Source: Macrostomum lignano (Eukaryota). From it: 64,000 bases of DNA. This document shows positions 37,751 to 50,502 of the stretch, piece by piece. How positions within the stretch are numbered: the first letter of the stretch is position 1; each line of letters starts with the position of its first letter. A model generated the notes under the pieces. It made no database searches and was not told where the DNA came from. It saw nothing but the letters and a program-made list of their open reading frames with translations. Both the position numbers and the translations under genes were made by a program. The stretch covers positions 175,553 through 239,552 of the forward strand of contig NIVC01000597.1 in assembly GCA_002269645.1 (NCBI GenBank), given 5' to 3'.

Positions 37751-40700
37751 CTACAACTTAGTAGAGAAGCCGTTAGTGAAAGCCGGCAGCTCTCTGTCTG
37801 GCGAGAACTCCTGCTGGTCCAGCCTGCTGTAACTGGCCGTGGTCAGCTTCCTGGCATCTCTAGCAGTGCAGCTCCGGCCACTACTGTACATGTCGCCGCC
37901 GTGACTGCTGCTGGCCGAAGCGCACATACAATAAGCAAATAGGCAGACAATAACAACAACAGTCGCAATGCATAGCAGAGCGTACAGAACCCGCTGAGCA
38001 TTGGCTGTTAAATCCGCGTTAATATCGCTGCCGCTATCATCTGTAGGCAGCTTAGTTGAGTTATCAGACCCAGCAGTCGGACAGCTGTCATAGCCTGGCC
38101 GGCACTGTACACAGTCGTTAGGCATCATTGATTTGAAGAAGCTGTCAGCGTTGACTGCTAGACTGGCCGGGACTCCGGCTGGACAGCAGCGAAGGCACCG
38201 GCCAGCCAGTAGGCAGGCAATGCCTCGGCGACAAGTCAGACATTTGTCCGGGCCTCCACCGCTGCTACAGCTGCGACAGCTCGGATGACAGCTGCGACAA
38301 TCGGCTGTTGTTGACGCTGCATCTATTGAAGCTGGGTAGCTGCCGATGCCGCACAGCGGACTGGGCAGTGAGGCGCACACAGCCTGGGAACAGTTGCTAC
38401 AGGGGACGCAGACAGTGCTGCCGCCGCCGCCTACTAGGAGAGGACAGGACCGCAGACCGGCCGGACAGGCGGACACGCACCGGCCTTGGTGCAGACTGAA
38501 CCCGGACAGGCAGGTAGCGCACGCGGCTCCAGTGGTATTCGATAAGCACGACAAACAACCGCTGATCGGGGGGTCGCAGGCTAACGCAGAAGTTGTCGGA
38601 TTTGGAGTCGGCGGCAAATCCACACACAACCCGACGCTGCCGCCAGAGATGGCAGCGGCTACAAGCGGCGGCCTGCATGCCTGGCACTGAGTCTTCAGAC
38701 TGGGCCCGTTGCATTGGTCGCATCGATCCGGACACGGCAAACAGGCTCGGCCAGCCGAATCGGCATAGAAACCGCTGGCCGGACAGCTAGTCGGACAGTC
38801 GATACCGGACAGTAGTAGGTGTCCGGGCTTGCACCTACTACACTGGCGAGGTCGGTCGCAGCGAGAACAATTGGCCGAGTAGCATGGTCGGCACCGGCCG
38901 GCCAGAGTGTCCGGATAGCTGCCGTCCGGACACTGGGATAAACAGCCGAGGGGCCCGGCGGCAAGCAGGCCGCTGCCAGGCAGACAGGCGTGGCAGCTGT
39001 TAGCGGTCAGACAGTTGGAGCAGTTGGCCACTCGGCATGGAATGCACCGGTTGACCCCGTCGTCAGTAGACTGGCTGTAGCCGGTCGGACAGGTGGAACC
39101 TAAATAACAGGTGCGCTCATCTTGCAGTAGTAGTCGGCCAGATTGACAGCCGGTGCAGTTGGCCTGTCCGGGCCCGGCACAGGTGCGACAGTCGGCGTGA
39201 CACAGGTAGCCGGCCTGTATATGAAATGAGCTTCATTTCAATTTTTCATAACAACAACAGCAGCAATAAACATAGAGAAAAAACTAACACAAAAAATCTG
39301 CAAAAGGTTTCCGAGAAACAGAGAAAATTAGCCTAAAAAAGTTATTTGTTATATTGACTTGACTGAAAGATGAAAGATGAATTATAGTTATGAGCAGTTT
39401 TGAAAGGCTACAGATGAAATTTTGTCAGACCTTCTTTGGGTACAAAAAACAGATCAGAAAAAGACTGCATTGACGAGTTGGGTACAAAAAAAACTTGCCC
39501 ATCAACCAACTGAACCCTTGTAAACCTGTCAACATATTTAGTAATAACTGTTTCTAATAACAAATCAACTGATTCAATAATAATTCCTAAAACTTCGTTG
39601 CATTTGTCGGATGAAAAGAACTGCTTGGTAACAAAGCTTATATATGTAATTTGTCTGGTCATCATCATTTGACCAGTCCAAATCGTGCTCTACTTGTGCT
39701 GAATTTCTTTGTTGATGGGCCTGAGAGAAAGAATAAAGTAGAAAAGCATTGTCAGGTACTTGCAAATCAAGGGTCTGTTGGTCAGACAATGGCTAATAAA
39801 CCTGGGATCGTTGGGAGGGGGGGGATTCACTGAAGGATCTGGGATCACTGGCCTAAGCTACACTCAGGGATCTGGGATCACTGGCCTAAGCTACACTCAA
39901 GAATCTGGGATCACTGGCCTAAGCTACACTCAGGAATCTGGGATCACTGGCCTAAGCTACACTCAGGGATCTGGGATCACTGGCCTAAGCTACACTCAGG
40001 GATCTGGGATCACTGGCCTAAGCTACACTCAGGGATCTGGGATCACTGGCCTAAGCTACACTCAGGGATCTGGGACCACTGGCCTAAGCTACACTCAGGG
40101 ATCTGGGATCACTGGCCTAAGCTACACTCAGGGATCTGGGATCACTGGCCTAAGCTACACTCAGGAATCTGGGATCACTGGCCTAAGCTACACTCAGGAA
40201 TCTGGGATCACTGGCCTAAGCTACACTCAGGAATCTGGGATCACTGGCCTAAGCTACACTCTGGGATCTGGGATCACTGGCCTAAGCTACACTCAGGGAT
40301 CTGGGACCACTGGCCTAAGCTACACTCAGGGATCTGGGATCACTGGCCTAAGCTACACTCAGGGATCTGGGATCACTGGCCTAAGCTACACTCAGGGATC
40401 TGGGATCACTGGCCTAAGCTACACTCAGGGATCTGGGACCACTGGCCTAAGCTACACTCAGGGATCTGGGATCACTGGCCTAAGCTACACTCAGGGATCT
40501 GGGATCACTGGCCTAAGCTACACTCAGGGATCTGGGATCACTGGCCTAAGCTACACTCAGGGATCTGGGACCACTGGCCTAAGCTACACTCAGGGATCTG
40601 GGATCACTGGCCTAAGCTACACTCAGGGATCTGGGATCACTGGCCTAAGCTACACTTAGGGATCTGGGACCAGAGTGGGACATCCTCAGTATTTAAAGGA

Positions 40701-43700
40701 ATAAATAAATAAAATAAAAGTTGACAAAGTTACTAGAAATAAAGAATAGAAAGTTCTCAAACAGCACAGAGTGGCGCACCCCATTGTGTGACTGTACGGC
40801 GCCAGCCAATCAGGAAGAGGCGGTTGAATTCGACGCAAGCTGATTGGCTCGCCGGCCGTGCCGTGCAGCACCAGGGTGACGGATTTCACCGTGCCCGAGT
40901 TCGCGGGGCTGCCGGTGTTCTCGATAACCACCTGCCACTGGCCGGCCGGCCGTTCACGCCAGAACTGCACGGACATGAACGGCCACTTCTGGAAGCCGCA
41001 GTCGCCGTTGTTGCCGTCGAGTTTTCGAGGCGCCAGCAGTAAAGAGCGGGTGCCGCCGGGCGACACTAGCGACACCTACGGCGACGGTGAATAGAAAGTG
41101 TGGCGATGGTGATCAAGGTTGGTAAATAGGTAGCGGGGTTGGTGAATATAAAACGGGGTTGGTGAATCTGAACCGGGGTTGGCGAATCTGAACCGGGGTT
41201 GTGTGAATCTGGAACGAGGTTAGTGAATATAGAAAGGGGTCGTGAACGGGAAGTAAGGTTTGGGGACTAATGAAAGGATTGGTGAATGCTGGACAGGATT
41301 GGTGAATGCTGGAAAGGATTGGTGAATGCTGGAAAGGATTGGTGAATTCTGGACAGGATTGGTGAATGCTGGACAGGATTGGTGAATGCTGGACAGGATT
41401 GGTGAATTCTGGACAGGATTGGTGAATGCTGGAAAGGATTGGTGAATGCTGGACAGGATTGGTGATTGCTAGACAGGATTGGTGAATTCTGGACAGGATT
41501 GGTGAATTCTGGACAGGATTGGTGAATTCTGGACAGGATTGGTGAATTCTGGACAGGATTGGTGAATGCTGGACAGGATTGGTGAATTCTGGACAGGATT
41601 GGTGAATGCTAGACAGGATTGGTGAATGCTGGACAGGATTGGTGAATGCAAGGACTTCTAGACTAACAGGACGCAAAACTCAAAAATCGTGCAATTTTTT
41701 GGAGGCCACGATTTCCTGGAAAAAATACACTGCGAAGATAGGAAAAAATCAGCCCCTCGTCACAAAATCTGTGATTGTATTTGATCTGGGGCAGTGAAGA
41801 CTACCATTCTTTTAATTTAACATGCACAACATGTTACTCTATTATATTTTCATATAGCTATGTAGTGAAGTTTTAATTTTCATATTGTTTTCACTTTATT
41901 TCATAAGCCCAAAGTTGCAAATACTCACAAGTGGCATTAGCCAAATATCAAATTTAAGAAAAGAAAAGCTATTCAAATTTGTAATATAATATTTTTTTAG
42001 CCTTTAAAATAAAAATTATAAAAATACTAATCAATGTTTTTTCTTATAGATTACCTAGTAAAGATGGTTAGGGCCTATTTTTGTGATTAAGTCTATTCTT
42101 CTTAAATCTTAGTCTTAAATATAGGCTTGGCTTAAAAACTGATAATACAGCTGTCTCAAGCCTAGGTAAACAACAATATGAAACAATGTATTGGTAATCT
42201 ATATATAATAAAAAAATCTGTCTAAATTTAATTACTTATTAGGCTAGATAGTGCAGTGATAGGTCTAGTTCTAGTAGGCCTAGGAATTAGTATAGTTACT
42301 AAACCTACAATAATAGCTTAAGACTAAGAGTACCTACATGCAATGTTTTTATACTTTGTTTAAAAAAGAACAACACAAAAAGTTTGGCTAATGCCACTTG
42401 TGAGTTTGCAACTTTGGGCTTAAGAAGTAAAGTGAAAACAATATGAAAATTAAAACTTCACTACATAGCTATATGAAAATATAATAGAGTAACATGTTTT
42501 GCATGCTAAATTAAAAGAATGGTAGTCTTCACTGCCCCAGATCAAATAAAATCACAGATTTTGTGACGAAAAACTGATTTTTTCCTATCTTCGCAGTGTA
42601 TTATTTCCAGGAAATCGTGGCCTCCAAAAAATTGCACGATTTTTGAGTTTTACGTCCTGTTAGTCTAGAAGTCCTTGGGTGAATGCTGGACCGGATTGGT
42701 GAATGCTGGAAAGGATTGGTGAATGCTGGACAGGATTGGTGAATGCTGGACCGGATTGGTGAATGCTGGAAAGGATTGGTGAATGCTGGACAGGATTGGT
42801 GATTGCTAGACAGGATTGGTGAATTCTGGACAGGATTGGTGAATTCTGGACAGGATTGGTGAATGCTGGACAGGATTGGTGAATTCTGGACAGGATTGGT
42901 GAATTCTGGACAGGATTGGTGAATTCTGGACAGGATTGGTGAATTCTGGACAGGATTGGTGAATGCTGGACCGGATTGGTGAATGCTAGACAGGATTGGT
43001 GAATGCTGGAAAGGATTGGTGAATGCTGGACAGGATTAGTGAATGCTGGACAGGATTGGTGAATGCTGGACCGGATTGGTGAATGCTGGAAAGGATTGGT
43101 GAATGCTGGACAGGATTGGTGAATGCTAGACAGGATTGGTGAATGCTGGACAGGATTGGTGAATGCTAGACAGGATTGGTGAATGCTGGACAGGATTGGT
43201 GATTGCTAGACAGGATTGGTGAATTCTGGACAGGATTGGTGAATTCTGGACAGGATTGGTGAATTCTGGACAGGATTGGTGAATTCTGGACAGGATTGGT
43301 GAATTCTGGACAGGATTGGTGAATGCTGGACAGGATTGGTGAATGCTGGACCGGATTGGTGAATGCTGGAAAGGATTGGTGAATGCTGGACAGGATTGGT
43401 GATTGCTAGAAAGGATTGGTGAATGCTGGACCGGATTGGTGAATGCTGGAAAGGATTGGTGAATGCTGGACAGGATTGGTGATTGCTAGACAGGATTGGT
43501 GAATTCTGGACAGGATTGGTGAATTCTGGACAGGATTGGTGAATTCTGGACAGGATTGGTGAATTCTGGACAGGATTGGTGAATGCTGGACCGGATTGGT
43601 GAATGCTAGACAGGATTGGTGAATGCTGGAAAGGATTGGTGAATGCTGGACAGGATTAGTGAATGCTGGACAGGATTGGTGAATGCTGGACCGGATTGGT

Positions 43701-46700
43701 GAATGCTGCAAAGGATTGGTGAATGCTGGACAGGATTGGTGAATGCTAGACAGGATTGGTGAATGCTGGACAGGATTGGTGAATGCTAGACAGGATTGGT
43801 GAATGCTGGACAGGATTGGTGATTGCTAGACAGGATTGGTGAATTCTGGACAGGATTGGTGAATTCTGGACAGGATTGGTGAATTCTGGACAGGATTGGT
43901 GAATTCTGGACAGGATTGGTGAATTCTGGACAGGATTGGTGAATGCTGGACAGGATTGGTGAATTCTGGACAGGATTGGTGAATGCTAGACAGGATTGGT
44001 GAATGCTGGACAGGATTGGTGAATGCTGGACAGGATTAGTGAATGCTGGACAGGATTGGTGAATGCTGGACCGGATTGGTGAATGCTGGAAAGGATTGGT
44101 GAATGCTGGAAAGGATTGGTGAATGCTGGACAGAATTGGTGAATGCTAGACAGGATTGGTGAATGCTAGACAGGATTGGTGAATGCTGGACAGGATTGGT
44201 GAATGCTAGACAAGATTGGTGAATGCTAGACAGGATTGGTGAATGCTGGACAGGATTGGTAAATGCTGGACAGGATTGGTAAATAATTAACAGGACTAGA
44301 TAACAATCGTAAAACATGAACAGCACTCACCTGCAACTGCCCCCTATTAGTAAATGTCATATCGACGTGCAGTTGCACAGACTCCAGCATGCCAACTGTG
44401 CCGCCGCATCCGTCGCTAACCACTGGTACAGTTAGCGGTCCGCTTGGCGGCACGCTGCGATTCACAATCACCGCCTGTACGGGGCACCGCACCAGAGGCG
44501 GCACCGGCCGCGCCCACATCTTGGCCAGCATGACCATGCGATCCGCCGACATCATCCCGAAGCCGTACTTTCTAGACGACTTCAGCCCGGCCTGGTTTGA
44601 TAACCAATCAGCGTCTGTCAAGAAGCTAGAATCGGCGCCAAGCACGGTGATGTGCTGAGCGTCGCGCCAAGTGACATTCCGATTGGCTTCAAGCACCAGA
44701 GCCAGGATAGCGGCGGCAATAGGAGCGGACGCTGACGTGCCAGTGTGCGTGCTGGTGCACTGGCCATTGAGGTCTGTAGATACAACTTGCGCATCGCCAA
44801 TGGTGCCGCTGCTATAAGTGGACGCCAATGTACTGGCGCACTCCTCCAGGTACCAAGGCTTCAAATTGTGCTGAGTAACGCTGCTGACGCTCAGGGTGTA
44901 AATGCTGTTAGTGTAGCCGTCGCAACCGCAGCTGTCGGATTTCTGGCCGCCATTGCCGGATGCCCACACGAATATGTTGCCGAGGCCGCCGCGGCCCTGT
45001 GGCATCGATGGGGTTGAACTGGATTTTAGATGCCGGGAGGTTGGGGATCTGAGGGTTGGGGATCTGGGGGTTTGGGATCTGGGGGTTTGGGATCTGGGGG
45101 TTGGGGATCTGGGGGTTGGGGATCTGGGGGTTGGGGATCTGGGGTTGGGGATCTGGGGTTGGGGATCTGGGGTTGGGGATCTGGGGTTGGGGATCTGGGG
45201 GTTGGGGATCTGGGGTTGGGGATCTGGGGTTGGGGATCTGGGGGTTGGGGATCTGGAGGTTGGGGATCTGGGGTTGTGGATCTGGGGGTTGGGGATCTGG
45301 AGTTGGGGATCTGGGGGTTGGGGATCTGGGGTTGGGGATCTGGGGTTGGGGATCTGGGGTTGGGGATCTGGGGTTGGGGATCTGGGGTTGGGGATCTGGG
45401 GGTTGGGGATCTGAGGGTTGGGGATCTGGGGGTTGGGGATCTGGGGGTTAGGGATTTGGGGGCTGGGGATCTGGAGGTTGGGGATCTGAGGGTTGGGGAT
45501 CTGGGGGTTTGGGATCTGGGGGTTGGGGATTTGGGGCTGGGGATCTGGAGGTTGGGGATCTGAGGGTTTGGGATCTGGGGGTTTGGGATCTGGGGGTTGG
45601 GGATCTGGGGGTTGGGGATCTGGGGTTGGGGATCTGGAGGTTGGGGATCTGGGGTTGGGGATCTGGGAAGTTGGGGATTTGGGGGTTGGGGATCTGGGGG
45701 TTGGGGAACTGGGAGGTTGGGAACCTAGGAGGTTGGGGATCTGGAGGTTGGGGATCTGAGGGTTGGGGATCTGGGGGTTGGGGATCTGGGGGTTGGGGAA
45801 CTGGGAGGTTGGGAACCTAGGAGGTTGGGGATCTGGAGGTTGGGGATCTGAGGGTTGGGGATCTGGGGGTTGGGGAACTGGGAAGTTGGGAACCTAGGAG
45901 GTTGGGGATCTGGAGGTTGGGGGTCTGGGGGTTGGGGAATCAGGGACATGGATTTTTGGCGAGTCTAGAATCTGGTATCAGTATTTAATATTAGTTTCAT
46001 TTACCTTAGTAACCCCTTCCTCAAACGCGGCCTTAGCCAGCCGGCCGGGCCCGTCCACTGTCCGACCGTCGTCGTCCGGGCCCCAAGAGGCCGAATAGAT
46101 GTCCACGTGATGCTGGTTGAAATGCAACGAGGAAGCCTCGGCGTGGTCAGTGATGGGGCCGTCCAGCATCCGAACACCTGAATAGAACAAACGGCGGGCG
46201 TTTTACAGGGGGCGTAGAAAGGATTTCTTTTTGGGGGACGCCAGCCAAACAAACAACTCCCAAGCTTACCGCCAATCTTAGCGTTATAAGCGATTCCAAC
46301 GGAACAAATGTGATTGTTGGCTTTGGCAGCCACTTCGCCTGCGCATCTGGTGCCGTGCCTGCGAGCAGTTAACGTTGTGGTAAGGGTCAGGTGGGAATTG
46401 CTGAGATTTCAAGGTTGACGAAAGATTTGTTGAGATTTTAAGGCTTGTAGAGGGAATAGCTGAGATGTCACGGCTAACGGGAGGGGGAATAACTGGGATG
46501 CCAAGGCTTACAAGGGGAATTGATGAGGTTATTGCAAAAACAAGCTACAACATGTAGCTGATTGCTACATGTTGCGCTGATTGCGCTGATTGCTAGTGTT
46601 AGACTGTTATCATATACAGTTAGTTAATGACATAGCTTACAGAAAAGGTAGACGGCATTAGGAAAGGGACACATGGTATTAGGAAAGGGACACATGGCAT

Positions 46701-49258
46701 TAGGAAAAGGGCCACATGACATTAGGCAAATGGCCACATGGCATTAGGGAAAGGGGCACATGGTATTAGGGAAAGGGGCACATGGTATTAGGAAAGGGCC
46801 ACATGGCATTAGGGAAAGGGCCACATGGCATTAGGGAAAGGGGCACATGGGATCATGGTATTAGGGAAAGGGCCACATGACATAGGGAAATGGCCACAAG
46901 ACATTAGGGAAATGGCCACATGGAATTAGCGAAAGGGGCACATGGTATTAGGAAAGGGCAACATGGCATTAGGGAAAGTGGCACATGACATTAGGGAAAT
47001 GGCCACATGGCATTAGAGAAAGGGCCACATGGCATTAGGGAAAGGGACACATGACATGGCATTAGGAAAGGGGCCCATGGCATTAGGGAAAGGGCCACAT
47101 GGCATTAGGGAAAGGGCCACGTGGCATTAGGGAAAGGGACACATGACATTAGGAAAAGGGCCACATGACATTAGGGAAAGGGCAACATGACATTAGGGAA
47201 AGGGCCACATGGCATTGGGGAAAGGGACACATGACATGGCATTAGGAAAGGGCCACATGGCATTAGGGAAAGGGCCACATGGCATTAGGGAAAGGGACAC
47301 ATGACATTAGGGAAAGGGCCACATGACATGGCATTAGGAAAGGGCCACATGGCATTAGGGAAAGGGCCACATGACATTAGGGAAAGGGCCACATGGCATT
47401 AGGGAAAGGGACACATGGCATTAGGGAAAGGGCCACATGGCATTAGGGAAAGGGACACATGGCATTAGGGAAAGGGACACATGACATTAGGGAAAGGGCC
47501 ACATGGCATTAGGGAAAGGGACACATGACATTAGGGAAAGGGCCACATGGCATTAGGGAAAGGGACACATGACATTAGGGAAAGGGCCACATGACATTAG
47601 GGAAAGGGCCACATGGCATTAGGGAAAGGGCCACGTGGCATTAGGGAAAGGGCCACATGACATTAGGGAAAGGGACACATGACATTAGGGAAAGGGCCAC
47701 ATGGCATTAGGGAAAGGGACACATGACATTAGGGAAAGGGACACATGGCATTAGGGAAGGACAATTAATCTAGAGTCAAGCGGGCAGGTTTTATGAATGA
47801 AAGAAGCGCAATTTTGATCTAAAATATTCCATAAAAAAGATTAACTTTGGCTAGGATTGACTTATCGATTATTAAATATCCAATATCCGATCAGATTACG
47901 GGTGCACAGCCCGCGCAGTGGAAAAAAATTAATTTCCGCAAGAAATCAGAGATTCTTCTTAAGACAAGACAGGAGCAGATGAAAATTCCCAATGCAGTAC
48001 GTGACTTGGAGAGCATTGAAAGTTTGCAAAAAATTATGAAAACCTGGTCCAGATTTCGGTCGCTGGTCGATCAGAAAAAATGTTTAAGAAAAAAACTCCT
48101 TTTTTGTTATTGGTTGTGTGGGGAAAGCATTATAGAGAAATATTTTTGTCAAACTATTGAACAGCACTCGGGACTTTTTAACAAATATTTTGCTACAGCT
48201 TTGGCGCTTATTTGTAAAATTATATGACCAACAGAATTAGAGGACTAATTGTACTCACCTGTTTCATCAGCGATCTGATTTCCCACAACCAGCCCTATTA
48301 GTGATCCCATATCCCAAACCCAGCCCTATCAGCGATCCCATATCCCACACCCAGCCCCATCAGTGATCCCATATCCCACACCCCGCCCCATCAGCGATCC
48401 CATATCCCACACCCAGCCCCATCAGTAATCCCATATCCCACACCCAGCCCCATCAGTGATCCCATATCCCACACCCCGCCCCATCAGCGATCCCATATCC
48501 CACACCCAGCCCCATCAGTAATCCCATATCCCACACCCAGCCCCATCAGTAATCCCAGATGCCACACCCAGCCCCATCAGTAATCCCAGATGCCACACCC
48601 AGCCCCATCAGTAATCCCAGATGCCACAACATAGCCCAAAAGCCCAAAAGAGCAACAGAACATGGGATATGGGATAAAAAACATTAGCTCACCTATTCTC
48701 ATTATTAAACGTGGCCCTGGGCATAGGGTCAGAATCGGCCCCATTAATATCGGTGCTGGCCAGCGGATCATAGTTATCCTTCAGATCCGGGTGCGTGTGC
48801 TCAATGCCATCGTCCAGTATGGAGACAACGCTGCCACGGCCAGTGAGTCCCTGACTCCAGACGGCCGCCACGCTCAGATCGTGGCCCCCAGTGGCACCGG
48901 ACTTGAGGTACCACTGCTGCGGATAGTGAGGATCATTGAAGCTCGGCGGCACAGCGGATCGCTTCACTCGAACTTTGGCCACCTGCTGTTCGGCCCACAG
49001 TACGCTGGCATGCCGACGAATTCGATGAGTTTTCTTAGGATTGTCGAAACTCTGAGAGCCGCAGCGCAGCAGAGCATAGTGAGCATTCATCAGGCGCATC
49101 TGGCTGAGCAGCTGACAGCCATGGCTGGCTGCCACGTGCCTGGCATGCGATGGCTGTATAAGCTCAACTGCCCAAGTGTTCTGATGGCCTACAGTTGCCA
49201 GTAGCAATGATGGCAATAGGAACAGGAGCAGCAGGTCAATAGACAGGTGCAAATGCAT
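37751..49258 (-). CDS. Furin-like proprotein convertase (PC5/6B or Furin-2 type: signal peptide, prodomain, subtilase, P domain, Cys-rich furin repeats, TM, cytosolic tail), ~1090 aa
   Basis: Exons 49258-48693, 46358-46270, 46177-46005, 44996-44331, 41075-40780 and 39230 (or 39214)-37751. RVKR prodomain site, [27 protein letters not shown] domain, about 7 CxxC-rich repeats, [26 protein letters not shown] sorting motif. The last junction is uncertain. Confidence 0.88.
39833..40672. repeat. Minisatellite, 33-bp unit (GGATCTGGGATCACTGGCCTAAGCTACACTCAG), convertase intron 5
   Basis: About 25 copies; explains ORF 39760-40659. Confidence 0.96.
41115..44282. repeat. Minisatellite, 20-bp unit (GGACAGGATTGGTGAATGCT), convertase intron 4, interrupted by a MITE
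   Basis: Tandem copies on both sides of 41649-42677. Confidence 0.95.
41649..42677. mobile_element. Non-autonomous hAT-type element (MITE), ~295-bp TIRs, 8-bp TSD
   Basis: Starts CAAGGACTTCTAGACTAACAGGACG, ends CGTCCTGTTAGTCTAGAAGTCCTTG. GGTGAATG is duplicated at 41641-41648 and 42678-42685. An 8-bp TSD and YARNG termini are hAT hallmarks. No ORF. Confidence 0.88.
45035..45945. repeat. G-rich ~15-bp array (GGGGATCTGGGGGTT), convertase intron 3
   Basis: Read directly; explains the GWGSG/GIWGL ORFs. Confidence 0.93.
46660..47760. repeat. Minisatellite, 22-bp unit (CACATGGCATTAGGGAAAGGGC), convertase intron 1
   Basis: Tandem copies. Confidence 0.95.
48290..48625. repeat. Minisatellite, 31-bp unit (CATCAGTGATCCCATATCCCACACCCAGCCC), convertase intron 1
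   Basis: About 10 copies. Confidence 0.92.
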
Positions 49259-49632
49259 TGCTGCACCTTATGCTCAATGCCTTGTCATGATATTACAAGT
49301 ATAGGATTAAGAAATATATTATCCACACTTTGGTTCTTATTGAACAATTAATAAAGTCATATTGTACCTTATCTTTAAATGAACTTGAATAATAATATTA
49401 TTATTTAACCAATGGCTCAGTCACAGCTCTTGCATAGCACATCTAAAGGCTGCATAGGGCTGTTTAGTCCAAGGAATAGGGGGTCACCACATGCTCTCAA
49501 TTACCCTAGCTAATGCTAATACCTATTTTATAGCTGAATGAACTGAAACAATAAAAAGTTAAGTGTTAAATATACTTTATTATATTTAAACTTTATCAAA
49601 TATGATTTAATTAAATATAATCAAATAATATA

Positions 49633-50229
49633 CTTTTTTGCAATTGAATTCGTCCAAACTGCAAAACCTTTCGTCCACAAATGCTTTCTTAATAGGAGCT
49701 AAATTTAGATCATACCAAAGACAACTGTGTTCACGCGAAAAGGTTCATCCAGTTTGTAAAACATTTTGTCCCCTAGACTAGAGACCAAGTGTACTGTTCC
49801 TACCATAGTTAACACCCAATTGACAGTTCGCTTTTGCTACCACTACAGCTACAGCAACCCATATCTTCCATTCTGAACCCGGCAAAACAGTCGAAGATGA
49901 ATGGAGGCCCCTACCATCCAGTGTCAAATGAAGACCGCAGGCGATTAGCCTTGGCTGTTGAAGAAGGCCGCAATTGGAAACAACTGGCCAATATCGTTGG
50001 GATCAAGAGAAAGACAGCCAAAACGATTGTCGACACCTGCGTTCAAACCAAGCACATTGAGAAGCTTCCAGCTGTTTGGACGAAGGGTTTAGACGAAATG
50101 TTTTACAAACTGGATGAACTGTTTTGCGTGAACACAGTTGTCTATGGTATGATCTAAATTTAGCTCCCATTAAAAAAGCATTAGTGGATGAAAGGTTTTG
50201 CAGTTTGGACAAATTCAATTGCAAAAAAG
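49633..50229 (+). mobile_element. Internally deleted Tc1/mariner (IS630-like) element retaining the N-terminal HTH of the transposase
   Basis: ~150-bp TIRs (CTTTTTTGCAATTGAATTCGTCCAAACTGC... / ...GCAGTTTGGACAAATTCAATTGCAAAAAAG) flanked by TA. Internal peptide SNEDRRRLALAVEEGRNWKQLANIVGIKRKTAKTIV...IEKLP runs into the right TIR. Confidence 0.75.
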
Positions 50230-50502
50230 TATAATAACTATAAATGTCTATTTGAAAATTTAATAAAAAAGCTTCTTTAAAATAAGAAATCTAAGCATTT
50301 AATAAATAAAAATGGGAACATTTTTCAAAACTAAATAACTCTACAAAATCACTAATGTTGGATTCCATAAAAAATTATTAGATATATTATTAGTAATATT
50401 CCATTTTTGAATCATACATTAGGCCTATACACTAAAAATTTCTAACATAGTGGCACCATTATAGCTATTCCATATTGCACAATTATATACAAATTTACCA
50501 TG

